Assembly (NCBI GenBank): GCA_000708835.1 | Contig: DF237085.1 | Location: forward strand, 73,768-137,767 | Source of the DNA: Klebsormidium nitens | Lineage: Eukaryota; Plantae; Klebsormidiophyceae | Direction of reading: 5' to 3' | Length of the DNA: 64,000 nucleotides | In this document: positions 1 through 18,300 of the stretch, in pieces | Position numbering within the stretch: position 1 is the first letter of the stretch | How the letters are laid out: the number at the start of each line of letters is the position of its first letter | Notes under the pieces: model-generated | What the model was told of the DNA's origin: nothing | What the model saw: the letters and a program-made list of their open reading frames with translations, nothing else | The model's database searches: none | Made by a program: the position numbers and the translations under genes

Positions 1-121
1 AAAGTCGCAGCAAACAGTCAGGGCCGAGGAAAATTTCAGAAGGTGGGGAGACGCTGCGCTCTTCAAAAGATGCTACTCAGTTGCATCTACGGACTGACGG
101 AGCGCATGTCTGGCTTTGCAG

Positions 122-1604
122 GCCAAACCTCGAAAGATGCCGCTTGTGTCGACGTCCGAAGACTCGGAGGGCGAACAGCATCCAGTCATCTCACGACAAC
201 ACGACGAGGAGCTGGTGACCGAGGTGAGGGCTCGGGAGGCTTCCCAGAGCTATGCTTTGTATTATCCAGATGTCCAGTTTCAATGTCTTCAGCCCTTGTC
301 TGAGGGTTTCGAAGCTTTTTCGATCTTGGAATTGCTCAGTTTGTGGGTTTTCACCTCTTTTAGTCACAGCTTCGAGGCTTCAGGTTTTCATTCACTTCAT
401 AGATGGGTGAAAAACGCATCCTCGATTGCAAGGCCGTCGTTCCAGTTCGCAGTGGTCTCTGAGCACCTCGCCTCTCGACGGCTCTCGTTTCTCTCGTTTC
501 ATTTTGGACGTGCATAAAAGCTTCGGTTTCTGCGGGGCTATATTTCCAAAGGCACGAAGACAATCCCAAGGTGGCAAACCCCTGAAGTTCCGTCGTTCCG
601 CCGTTCCGCCCCGCAGCCGTCCAGCAGCCGCACCGCGTTCTTGCTACGCGACGAGTTTCCGCTGTACGAACGTGACGGCCCGCTGTCCGACGCGGACGAT
701 GCGGACTTCGCGTCGGACCGCGAGGAGCAGTTCCTGGACGAGGACGATGACGTCAGCGACCAGGGCACCGGCGCGCCGTCCGTGCACGACGGCTGGAAGT
801 CTACCCCCTCCGGCCAGGTGGGGATGCGCGCCGTTGCCTGGCTTGAGTGCGGCCTTTTGCGCCTCCTCGGTCGCTTTTATCGCTTGGTCGCTTTCTTGCT
901 TGTTAGAAAAGAGCGCTTTTCGTTGAGTTTTCGGTTAGCTGATTTCACGGTTAGCGCGGGGCTTCGCCGAGCGGACCTGCGAGCGGACTGTTCGGAGGAG
1001 ACGAGGTGCTGAGCGAAAAGTTCAGATGCGTCCTTGTGTCGTAGCGACCGCTCTTGACACCCTGGGCTGTGGTATGCTTGTGACTTCGATGGAATACTGC
1101 CTCCGCGCCCCGCCGTTTGAATGTCCACACGCCAAAACGAGACGCTCAGAAGATGTTTTCGGCCAGAACGAGCCAATCCAAAGCAGCCTCCCTCTTTCCG
1201 CCGAGTTGCGCGCCGGCATTGCACAACCCGTCCGCTGACGTCACCTCCACGTCAACAAGCCGTGCTCTGACGTCACCTCCACGTCACCTTCCCTCCCCCA
1301 GGTGTACGTCAGCCGGGACTACGACTTCGCGGAGCTGCAGGCCAGCACCGACGAGTCCAGCAGCGCCTTCGAGAGCGACGCCCGGGGATCCTCCTCCGCG
1401 AGGGGCCGCCACGTGGCAGCGCCGGGACCGTCCGTCCGATCGCACCGGCGCCAACGGTCGTTCGAGTTCGACGACGCTCTGCGCCGGGAGGTGAAGCTGT
1501 GGCCGATTGGCTCCACCCGGAGTGACGTGGGCGTGGCGTCCGTTGGCCGCTTTCGGCGCGGACGGCCCGCGAGCGCGCGCGGGCCGTTGTTTGGGGGGAG
1601 ATGA
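122..1604 (+). CDS. 3' end (last three exons: 122-223, 617-817, 1302-1604) of an unidentified gene; acidic/Ser-rich, probably disordered C-terminus
   Basis: The acceptors TTTGCAG|122, CCCCGCAG|617 and CCCCCAG|1302 and the donors GAG|GTGAGG and CAG|GTGGGA are all phase 0. They join into one frame (AKPRKMPLV...EFPLYERDGPLSDADDADF...VYVSRDYDFAELQ...LFGGR*). No family recognised. Confidence 0.65.
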
Positions 1605-1799
1605 CGGGTTATCGGGTAGCGCGCTAAGGGGTCGGGTTACCGGGCAGCGTGCTCGGGAATACGGGTTATTTGGTAGTGTGCGCGAGGTTACGGGTTATCG
1701 GGGAGCGTGCTAAGGGGACGGGTTATCAGATAGCGGGCTCGAGGTTACGGGTTACCGGACAGTGTGCTCGAGATGACGGGTTAATCGGGTAGCGTGCTG
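1600..1799 (+). repeat. Minisatellite, 7 diverged copies of a ~28-29 bp unit (consensus ~ACGGGTTATCGGGTAGCGTGCTCGAGGT)
   Basis: The ACGGGTTA(T/C)... motif recurs every 28-29 nt and the whole unit repeats, so there are no unique spacers. Confidence 0.9.
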
Positions 1800-1823
1800 A
1801 GCAGCAGTACGTCGGGTGCACAT

Positions 1824-2296
1824 TGTGGCCGCCAAATCGGTCGGAGGAGGATCTCGGCCGGCTCATATTCTTTATTCATCGGCCGAAATAAGGTCGCCGG
1901 CTTGGTAACGGTATTTTGCGGACGGACTTCGGTTGTCGGGTTCCGTCCTAAAAGCCGGTCGGCAGATGCATTTAGCCCTTTGCCTCCATCGTAGCTAATC
2001 GAATAGACATACGTCAATTGGCTGCGCCCATTAGCCGGTGAGTCAGTCATCCGATGGTTTGCGTACGCGTCAGCCGGTCGCTATATCGACCGCGATTTTG
2101 CGCCGAGTCTCTTCGGTGGTGTAAGACTAGGGCGGGTTGCTCGGAGTAGCCGATACGGGTGTTGACGTCAGCCGGGGATTTGACGCGGTCCGGCTTGGGA
2201 GCCAGAAAGAAGAGAATAAGAAGCTTTTTCTGCGGGAAGCCGAGTCGGGAGTCCCGACTGGTCGATGGCCATAACGGCGGAGTGGGCATCAACACA
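1824..2296 (-). mobile_element. Probable solo LTR (473 bp)
   Basis: Termini are TGTG...CACA, flanked by CACAT (1819-1823) and CGCAT (2297-2301), a 4/5 match to a target-site duplication. AATAAA lies on the minus strand (1871-1876) about 50 nt from the end. No credible ORF. Confidence 0.5.
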
Positions 2297-4014
2297 CGCA
2301 TTCTAGATTGCACCAAAGGAGACGTTGGTGCTTGCCAATCGCAGCCCTGATCGCCGTAGGGACAAACTAGTCATTCGTGTTGCTTTGTCGGCCGGTTTGC
2401 TGGAGGGGGTTGCTGTCCGCAAAGATAGGAAGATGCAGCAGGTTGGCTATCAAGTCGATCGTGTTGCGAAATGCTTTGCCGTCAAAAGGAGGAGGGTAGT
2501 TGGAAGGTTCTGAGCCGGGGGCGAGGATCGTGAGGAGGACATCGTGAGGAAGAGAGATACTTTCGAATGGGCTAGTTGGATAGTGTGTTTGCGGCAGTGT
2601 TAAGCAAGCGCGTTTGTAAAGAAGTTCTTGTAAACTAAGACACTGCGACGGGAGTATAGCAGATCATCTGCAGGCGCGGTTGATAAGCCACCAACAGCAA
2701 GTTGGCAGGGAAACGTCCATTGCAAAAGCAAGCCGCCGGCATATCGCAGTACGAGGATAAGTACGTAGGTTTGACGCTGAATAAAGATGAAGCATGTGCG
2801 AAGTGTTTTTGGTAACCGAAGACACGCACATTTTGATAGAGTAGGAACATTTCAGGCAAGGATACTGATTTTAGAATTGGCATTATAAATCAAAGTGAAT
2901 CCGAGTATTCCATCTTCTCACCGGGCTTGTCATTCTGGCAGTGGAGGAGGCGTGGAGTCTAACTGAAGAAGTTGCCAACATGAATCAAGAGCGGCTGATC
3001 CGCCTGCTTTCGACTTCGAAGCTAGGGCACACAAAAGGAGCTACGCGCTCCTCTCTAAGGGCCCGAGGCGTGCAATTTTTCGAAATGTCGGACAGGCTAA
3101 CATGTGTCAAGCCAAGAAACAATAAAGATGGTCGACCGCCGGCGCAATCTTGCGTCACGGTAAAAGTGTGGACGAGCTTCTGACTCTGTTGATGCCAAGA
3201 CAATTATGGGCAAACGCCATGCACGCTCGCGAACATCGCTGTTACTGAGCAAGAAAACTGTCTTCCGGGCGGCGGCTCCGATTCATGCAAAGCAAAACAC
3301 GTGCTGCCGTCGATGGATCGTTGAAAGGCTGTAGCAGGGTCGTGTCGCTGTGCGCGGGCCTGGCGGCAGCGCCTACGTGATAGAACGCAACGAGGTCACA
3401 ACCGTACAATCTGAAACATTTTCGGCTGTCCCAAATAGGCCTCGCTGGCCTTTGAGCATCTTCTTACAAGAGGCTTAATCATGGTGAACCATGCAATTGC
3501 GAAAACCTTTCATTCCTTGGGCGGGCCGAGCAAGTCCTTCGTGAAGTCGACTTGTAGGAGGTCAGTAAAGAAAGCCATGCCCCCTCAATGCAGGGGGCTC
3601 AGAGAGGGCTCGGGGGCGCAAGAGGTCGTTTTCGCTTTGAATGAGGCTAGAGCACCAGTTTTTCGTGCCAGGTCTAGGCACGTCCGTCCAGAGTTTCATC
3701 AAGTGCAGTAATGGTCGGACTCCTGAGTAGTGAGAAGACTGACCGAGCCTGTAAACAGCTCCGAACTCCAAACATCGTTCCCACATAACGTCAGTCTAAA
3801 AATAACACCAAGGTGCAGCTAAACAAGTTTGTCTAGACCAATACACAATCCTGCGGGACCACGGTTCAGGTTTTTAGCCCCTACATGCACTTCAAACCCT
3901 TTGCGAACAAGCTGCATACAAGAGCATAGAAGTGTGGTACTACCCAGCTTACACCAGGATCCTCAAGAGGGGCCTTACACTTGGTCGACATAACAAAGCC
4001 TCTTCCCTCTAGTG

Positions 4015-5346
4015 TCACTTGAGGACTGCCGAAGGGGTCCATTGTGTCGGCCCCGGGAATGGTATGCAACGAAGACAGAGTGTGCGTCCATACTGGTCCT
4101 TTCCGACGCACTGGAGGTCCGCGGTTGCTTCGGTGCACTTCGAGCAGGGCAGCGTTGTGGCGCATTGCGTCAGCAAAGTGCGCGCGCCCGCCTGGTCGCT
4201 CTCAGGAACTAGGCGTGCAGCATCCACGGCCATGAACAGGAGCAGGGCCACCAGCACAGCAGCGACTCTGGGGAGGTGAGTTGGAGAAGTTTCCATTGCG
4301 GTGATGCAAGCGGGCCTGCGAGACTCCGCAATTCGCTGTGGTCGAAGGAATTGTAAACTGCCTCTCTCCTGCCATCCTCCAAGCCTTCTTATAAACAAAA
4401 CCAAACGCACAAAAGTAAGCCTTTAATGCACCCACCACATGGTTGACAATGAGGACCTGTTTTGATAGATACATCAAACCGATTCGCAGAGAAGCTCATG
4501 ACTCTTCTCCCCAGGAACGTTGACCCCCTTCAAGACGACAGCTGATTACACACACTACATGATGCAGGATGGAAAGCGCAGCTCTGACTTCAAAGCAACA
4601 TACAAATTTTCCAGTCTGATCGTTACACAGAGCAGGAGCTCATGGTCTCCTGCTGAACCTACCTGCCACATGCCTGAAAGGTGTAGTTCACTGGCAAACA
4701 CTATGATGCCTTTATAGATGAAAGCAGTGCAGCCAGCTGGCAGGGAACGAACTTCCTTGCAAGACACCTCCAAGCATGCGTACAAGAGTCTGTGTCCTTG
4801 CATGCCAGCATTGACAATCTTGACCCCCTTTATGCTGGATAGGTGCTTAAGAGAAACTGAAATGCAACTTTATCGTAAAAGAACCAGAACAATTATACCG
4901 TGACCATCGAGCCCCGGAATTGATCACTATCCCACTTCTAACCCCTTCAGTCAATGGGATAAAGGATCCTCCAGAACCCCACCTGAACTACCGAGCCAGG
5001 CGAGCTCCAGCTCGCCGCCTGCAGAGCCAGCACAATCAATGACTGCAGAGACAAAGCTTCACAGGCCAACAGGAATCGTACGCTGCTTCCTTTCGTTCTT
5101 CTGAAGACCGGCCCTCCAAAGAAACATCGATAAAGTACTACCAATGGTCTTCAATGATGTGCCAGCAACTTTGTTTGGTGCAGACATCGACAACTCTATG
5201 GAACGAAGGGACTGATGAAATGCGAAAGAGCTTCATTTATACCTCAAGTACACAGCGATAGAAACTCAAGAAAGGGCGAAACAACAGAATCAGGGCAAGC
5301 TGGCGGCGAGCTGCAATCAGGGTCCTCACCTCTTCGATGCAGCCAT
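4015..5346 (-). CDS. Small secreted cysteine-rich protein (exons 5346-5330 and 4267-4015); 3' end may be longer
   Basis: ATG GCT GCA TCG AAG AG|GTGAGG splices in phase to CTCACCTCCCCAG|A GTC, giving MAASKRVAAVLVALLLFMAVDAARLVP... (signal-peptide-like). The mature part contains C-x5-C-x2-C-x8-C-x10-C-x2-C. Confidence 0.6.
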
Positions 5347-6159
5347 GGCTCAGTGGGTTCTCCAGTCGGCCAAAGCCTCCTGCTTGGAGGGTGCGAATCT
5401 TTGTAATTTTTAGCTCAAGCCTAAGGAGTCCCGCGAGATGGAGAACACAAAAGACTCTCTATATGTGTTGAACAGCGTTTGTTGCCTTCGAAACTGAACG
5501 TGCAGGGAAGCAATTCATTATGCTGAGGCCCATGGCGGCGTGGTGGCTTGCAAGTTGCAGTGTGCACTGTGCAGTGTGCACTACGCGACCGCTAGTGATT
5601 CGTAGGTACGGTCGCTGCTTCGACTTTACGATGACGACAAAGTTACAAACCCTTGGCGACCGGAAAGCCCCGAGGCGCTGGCAGACAGTCGCTCTTGTGA
5701 CGTCTGCGGCCACCTAAATGATTGGCCTACTAACTCACGCGCCCGGAGGTTTCGGAGCTGCATTGCCTACTGGCCCTACTCAATCTGCTCAGGAGCACAC
5801 AGACTGTACAGACGAAACGTGGGCCGTTGATGTGGAAGCCGACTAGAAGTTTGGAGGCTCGAAGAAGCTTGAAGGCTGCCCTGCTAGACGCCTCTTCTTT
5901 CTATGTATTTCATTGTCATCGTTCATGGCCGAGAAGACAAGCGTCGAACGTTGATATGTTGCATAACCAAAACACATTACTGGAACGCTAATCAGGGCCT
6001 TGGGGGATTATGGAGGAATTCGGGTTTGAAACGGATCACAACAGGGGTTCACAAAGGCCCCATACTCTATGCAGACACATCAAAGGGGTTTTGCTACCCT
6101 TATGATAAGCCTTTGTAAACTATGTAAGAGAGTCATTCTATCCAAATAACACGATAAGT

Positions 6160-7000
6160 AAGTAATATGCACATCCATACATACAAAGAGGGGTGCACCT
6201 TCGAAATTACCTGTAATCCGAGCAATCAAGCAATTAAGGTCAACCATCATGATACAGAGGGGTGGCGCATGCCGTAATTAGCCTAATTCGAGTAACGTGA
6301 GAAAACATGCACATTCAGGCATACATACAAAGGGGTGCATCTTGAAAATTACTTGTAATTTGAGCAATCATGAGATTCCGATCGACCAGATAGATACAGA
6401 GGGGCCACGCATGCCGTAACTAGCCTAATCCGAGTAACGTGAGCAATTGACATTGGGTCATACACTAGAGAGCATTGCATGGTCCTATAATTAGCCTAAT
6501 TCAAGCCATCAAGCAATTCTTCATGAGAGGGGTTGATTGAAAGCTAGCTCCCACGCCATAATTAGCGTAATTTGAGTAACACGAGCAATACGCCATCCGC
6601 AATCATGCTGAAAGCCTTGTAAATACGTAATTCAGCTAATTTGAGCAATTCAGAGGTGCAAATAGCAGAATTGCTCGAATCAGGCTAATTCAACATGGAA
6701 AACATGGTGAGCATGCACTTGTAGGCTCTTAGTATCTGAGCGGGGATAAACAAGACACCCTTTGAAGTCCAAAACACCTTGTAATTCGGCTAATTCGAGC
6801 AATTGAGGAGGTGCAATTAGCAGAATTGCTCAAATTAGCTAACTAAGATGGAAAACATGGTGGGCGTGCACCGTGGGTCTTGATGTTATGAACGAAGGAA
6901 GATCCAAGGGGTGTCACGTTCTTGTAATTAGCTACTTTGGCTAATTCAAGCAACTCTGAGAGGTGCAATTAGCAGAATTTCTCAAATTAGCTAATAAATG
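6160..7000. repeat. AT-rich hierarchical tandem repeat: ~70 bp monomer (core TAATTAGCCTAATTYGAGYAA), a ~141 bp duplication, then three ~155 bp hairpin-bearing units
   Basis: 6166-6306 aligns with 6307-6447. GAGCAATT..GAGGTGCAA(A/T)TAGCAGAATT(G/T)CTC recurs near 6643, 6797 and ~6949. Confidence 0.8.
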
Positions 7001-7860
7001 ATGTTTATAGCCCGGTGATCACGCCCACTATGGTAACTCAACTTCTACTCTAGAAACATAGGCAGAAAGGGCTTAAAATAACCTCATAAGATGGAAAAAA
7101 GCGTTCAGAAGTCTTCACATATAGGTTCAGGGGTTATAACAAATGCAACCATGTTACAAAATACGTTCCCGAATTCCTCCAGAATCCCCCAAGGCCCGGA
7201 TTAGCGTCCCCCTAAAACATACCGTACGCATGCTGTTAAACGCTCGAAGATCGTTCGACATGTTCGAAAGTGGCTTCCGACCGGGTAAAAGAGGCGCTCC
7301 ATGACTGTCTGATATATGCTTCGGACATTTTTGCTTTCTCTGATTCGCCAAGCGGCGGTGGAGCGGGCGGCGACACAGGTAGCAGGTACGGATGGAAAAC
7401 TTGGCAATAATTGGTAGAAGGGAGAAGGACCTTTATAGTCCCTTGATTCGATTATCTAAACAAGAGGAGGATGCTTTGTGTTATTCTCAGCGAGTCCAAC
7501 AGCCGATGGCGATTTCACTTTCGTGAACCGCATCTAGGAGAAAGACCACATCATACATATCATGTACATACGTACTTTCACATGGTGCGTCAATGGTTTC
7601 ATAACCTTAAACCAGAGATAAACCTTCATGTGGTCTGATTGGGTCATCATGTGCCATCAAGGTCACTACAGATGGCCTTACAATGATTGACATTGCACAT
7701 GACCCAATGCCGACCAACCGCTAATATAGCGCATGCAGCCCTATCGACAGCCGGAAAGATCCCACTCCAATCTGTTCAACATGCAAGCGTTTCAATCAAA
7801 CAAGCACCTTTTAGCCCAATTTGATGACTCAGAAAGTGTCTGATTGAATGCGGTTTGCTG

Positions 7861-14454
<6,594 letters not shown>

Positions 14455-15310
14455 GTTTCCGCAACACCTCAATCACCGCAGCTCTAGTGCTGCAATTTGA
14501 ACTAAATATGGGAGAATCTGAAGTTTTCAGAACGTAAAAAGCTCGGCCATCATGTACAGATCATGTGTGCCACAGAAGCTTCCCACCTGCCAGTGCAAAT
14601 GCGAAGAAAATGGCAATTGCTTGATCGTCTTCGTATTAGGGAAGAACCTACCTCGTCCTGTGCGCGAGCGTGGCGAACAGCTTGAATGCAATTTATCCAG
14701 TTTAGGTCTCCAGCTGTTGCACTATTGTCGGCGTCACGAAAGCCGTTGGTTTGGAACCGGTTTGCATCGGACGGCGACGTAATACTGGATACCGGCTGCG
14801 GAATTTCCGGGAAATCCCTTGTCAGGAGGACCCTAATCGGTGCGACTCGAGCAAAGCTAGTGTCAACTGCTTCTGGAAGCCGTGTATGTTCAAAAGCCTG
14901 TGTTGACTTTGGACAATTGACACCAGGTAGTTAAAAGCAGATATGCAGTTCATGAGAACGAGGAGAGGGGCACATGAGAACGAAGAGAAGGGCCAGACAA
15001 GACAGGTCACCGTCTACGAATCCTGCAGGAAGGGCAAGCTTGTAAGTTGTTGTACCTTGTACCCAGAGGAGGCTAGGGCGGAACACCTCTTGTGAAGCAA
15101 GCTAGAGCAGGGATACGGGTTCTTTAATTCACGTTTTCTTTAATGGATTGCTGACCCTCTGCTAAGTGAAGGGCACGGACGGATGTGAAGAACCTGTGGA
15201 GCAGTCCCTAAATTGCATCAAGAGTTGCTGATGTCAGAGTACTGAGCTGGGGGTGCTCATCTGGTCTTATTTGAATAAGCGTTTTGAGACAGGCACTTCA
15301 GTCGACAGAG

Positions 15311-18300
15311 ATGGCGAGACAGGGGGTTGGTCTCCTGCTTCTGGTAGCTCTCGGATGCATTCTTGCCGAAGCTGATGCTAGGAGCATTGAGTTTCTCAGC
15401 GTTAGAGTGCGTACATTGCTTTCAGCAAGCGACCACAAGTACAGAGACCATGAGAAACCACCCTTGTTTGCCAACAAAGTGGGCCCCTTCCATAATCCAA
15501 CGTGAGTCAGAACGGTTTAGGGGTGGGTATTGCCAAGGATCTGAGGCATAATGGAGTTGTTGCTCAAGTCATCCCACGAATTGAACTTTTGCATTGAGCA
15601 GATGCTTGCTTCCTTCGATCAGGGATGATCTCCTTCAGCTACTTCTGCTGGAAGCTAGCATTGTGGCACGGGTTCTTTCGAGCTCTGAACATGAAGATAA
15701 TAAGGTGTTTTTGTCCGACTTGCAGAGAAACATACAAGTACTACGATCTTCCCTTCTGCCCTCCTGGTAAGAAGGAATAGGGTTTCTTCTCGAGATCTAT
15801 GATTTGCATTGCAATGCGTTGTTACTGTAGGGTTTGGATATATCCATGCCATCAACCGGCAAAAGGTGGACGTGAAATGTATTGCCGAAGCTTTAAATCC
15901 TCTCAAGAAGCAGATTGGATTTGCAGCCTGATTTTTGACCGAGTGCAAGATAGATCTATTGTAGACCCATATGTCGCAACACAAGCAGAGCGCAGCTAGC
16001 TCTCAATGTTGTTGGCAATACCGCTCTGTTATTTCCAACTGCAGAGTGTCTGCCGAATCTTGGAGCAAGCTGATAGTTCGTGAAGTTTCTGTCTCCTAGC
16101 TCTGGTTGTGTATGCTCATGTCCAGTTTTGATTCAGAAGAGGATTACTCAAGTCTGCATTTCAGCAAACATTGAACGAAATTTGGACATTGAGAAGTGGG
16201 TGGTCACCTAGTCGCCAGCAGGTGATGGCTGCTCTGAACATCTATCGCTGCCTAATCGATGGCATTGGTGCAAGTGCATCATTGACCATACAGGAATTAC
16301 TGGATAGATGGACTCGTTTTTGCACGAATTTTTTTTTGAATCTGTAACATGCTTGACTCAACAAGGCACTTGGTAACTTTCAGCTGTTGATCTCTAGCAC
16401 CACAACAGCGTCATGTTCTTTCTGTCTGCAGCGCTTTTTCTTTTGATGCTCTCCTTACTGCAGCTGAAGTATGAATTGAAATGTTCAGTAGCTCGCATCT
16501 TTTTCACCTTGCTTGGTATCTTTTGCACCTTTCGAGTCCAGCAGGTTTGCTAGGAGTCCATTCCAGCCCTCAGCATCTGGGTGCATTGTAAATGGGCCTC
16601 TGTAGCCGGCTGATTCTTGGCTCTCCCTGCAGTGGTCCTGAATGAGAAGGTGGAGGATCTGGGCGAGGTACTGAATGGGGACCGCATGGTGACGGCCGCG
16701 TACGATCTGAGCTTCAAGGTGGACAAGGAGAAGGAGACTCTCTGCGTGCAGAAGTTGTCCGTGAAGGATGTGCGCAAGTTCCGGGACGCTGTGAAGAATG
16801 ATTACTACTTCCAGATGTACTACGACGACCTCCCTATCTGGGGCTTCATCGGCAAGATCGACCCCCCCGACGAGAAAGATGCGCGCTACTATCTCTTCAC
16901 GCATGTGCACTTTGACATCCAGTACAACAAGGACCGTGTGATTGAGATCAATGTGGCGACCGACCCCCTGCGCACAGTTGACATCACTGAGGATGCAGAG
17001 GTGGAGGTGGAATTCTCATATTCCGCCAAGTGGCAGGAGGTGGACAAAGCTTTCGAGAAGCGGATGGACAAGTACTCGCGTTACTCGTTCCTGCCCCAGC
17101 ACCTCGAGATCCACTGGTTCTCCATCATCAACAGCTGCGTCACCGTGCTGCTGCTCACCGGTTTCCTGGCGACTATCTTGATGAGGGTGCTCAAGAACGA
17201 CTTCATCAAGTGAGTGCATCACAATTGCGGCAAGTTACTGGATAACTGCACTTGAGAAGCCAAGGGCGCTCAAGATTGTCTTCATTCAGTGTTTGCATTT
17301 AGAATGGATCACTTTGACCAGCAGTTGCGGGGAAGATAAGCCGGCATCCGACCACCAGCTGCTGGTGAAAGCCGCAAAGTGGACCATGAGTGAGAAGTGG
17401 TCTAGATTGTGAATCTGCCCGATGGGGCAGATCTACCCCCTTAAATAGACCTTTCAAGTATTTGGACTTGCAACAAAGGATGTCTGCTTTTATATGTATG
17501 AGCGCCACGTTCTAGTTGAGTCACTTACCTGTCCTTACATGTCAAATCATTTCGCAGGTACTCCCGTGATGAGGAGACCCTGGAGGATCAGGAGGAGACC
17601 GGGTGGAAGTATGTGCATGGCGACGTGTTCCGCTTCCCCAAGAACAAGACCCTCTTTGCGGCTGTGATCGGAAGTGGCAGCCAGCTTCTGGCACTGTAAG
17701 TCACAAGCTTCTTGGCGAAAACACTTGCTGTGACAGTCTTTTGGTATGTCATCCTTGAGTAAAGATGCAAAGGAGCCAATGCTCGGTTTCTTGAATCTGG
17801 AAACTGTTTCTGCCAATATTGGTCGTCATGGTCATGCCAAGTTGGGCACCCTGATCCTCGTAATCACTTCTGTTGTTCAGTGCTTGCCCCTAGCAGCTGT
17901 CGTCATGAAACCCATCCTTGCTCGTTGCTAGCTAGCAAACACTGTTCTGATGCCCTTTTCCCAGGACGCTCTGCATCTTTGGCTTGGCTCTGGTGGGCGT
18001 GTTCTACCCCTACAACCGGGGCGCCCTGTTCACCGCCCTTGTGGTCCTGTATGCGCTGACCTCCGGTGTGGCCGGCTACGTCTCTGCCTCCTACTACAAG
18101 CAGCTGGAGGGGACTGCATGGGTGAGCATCAAGCTTCAAGACTCGTTACTTTATCTCTCTACTATGGTGGACCTTTGTTCTCTTTGCTCCTTTTGTTCCT
18201 TGTTGCTGCTTGGAGATTAGCAATTGTCCGGCGGGGCACTGAATTCAAAAGCCATGGTTTTGTCGTGTCCCGCATGACACCAAGAAAGGAAGGCGTTCAA

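Noticed and set aside
1600-1799. 28-29 bp periodic array resembling a CRISPR repeat length
   Set aside because: Whole units repeat with no unique spacers, there are no cas genes, and the context is eukaryotic.
2941-3183. 80-aa plus-strand ORF after a possible acceptor
   Set aside because: No linked exons or recognisable domain.
5500-5840. Short frames containing CxxC motifs (CALCSVH, CDVCGH)
   Set aside because: No consistent start, splice phase or family motif, so a gene or TE relic could not be supported.
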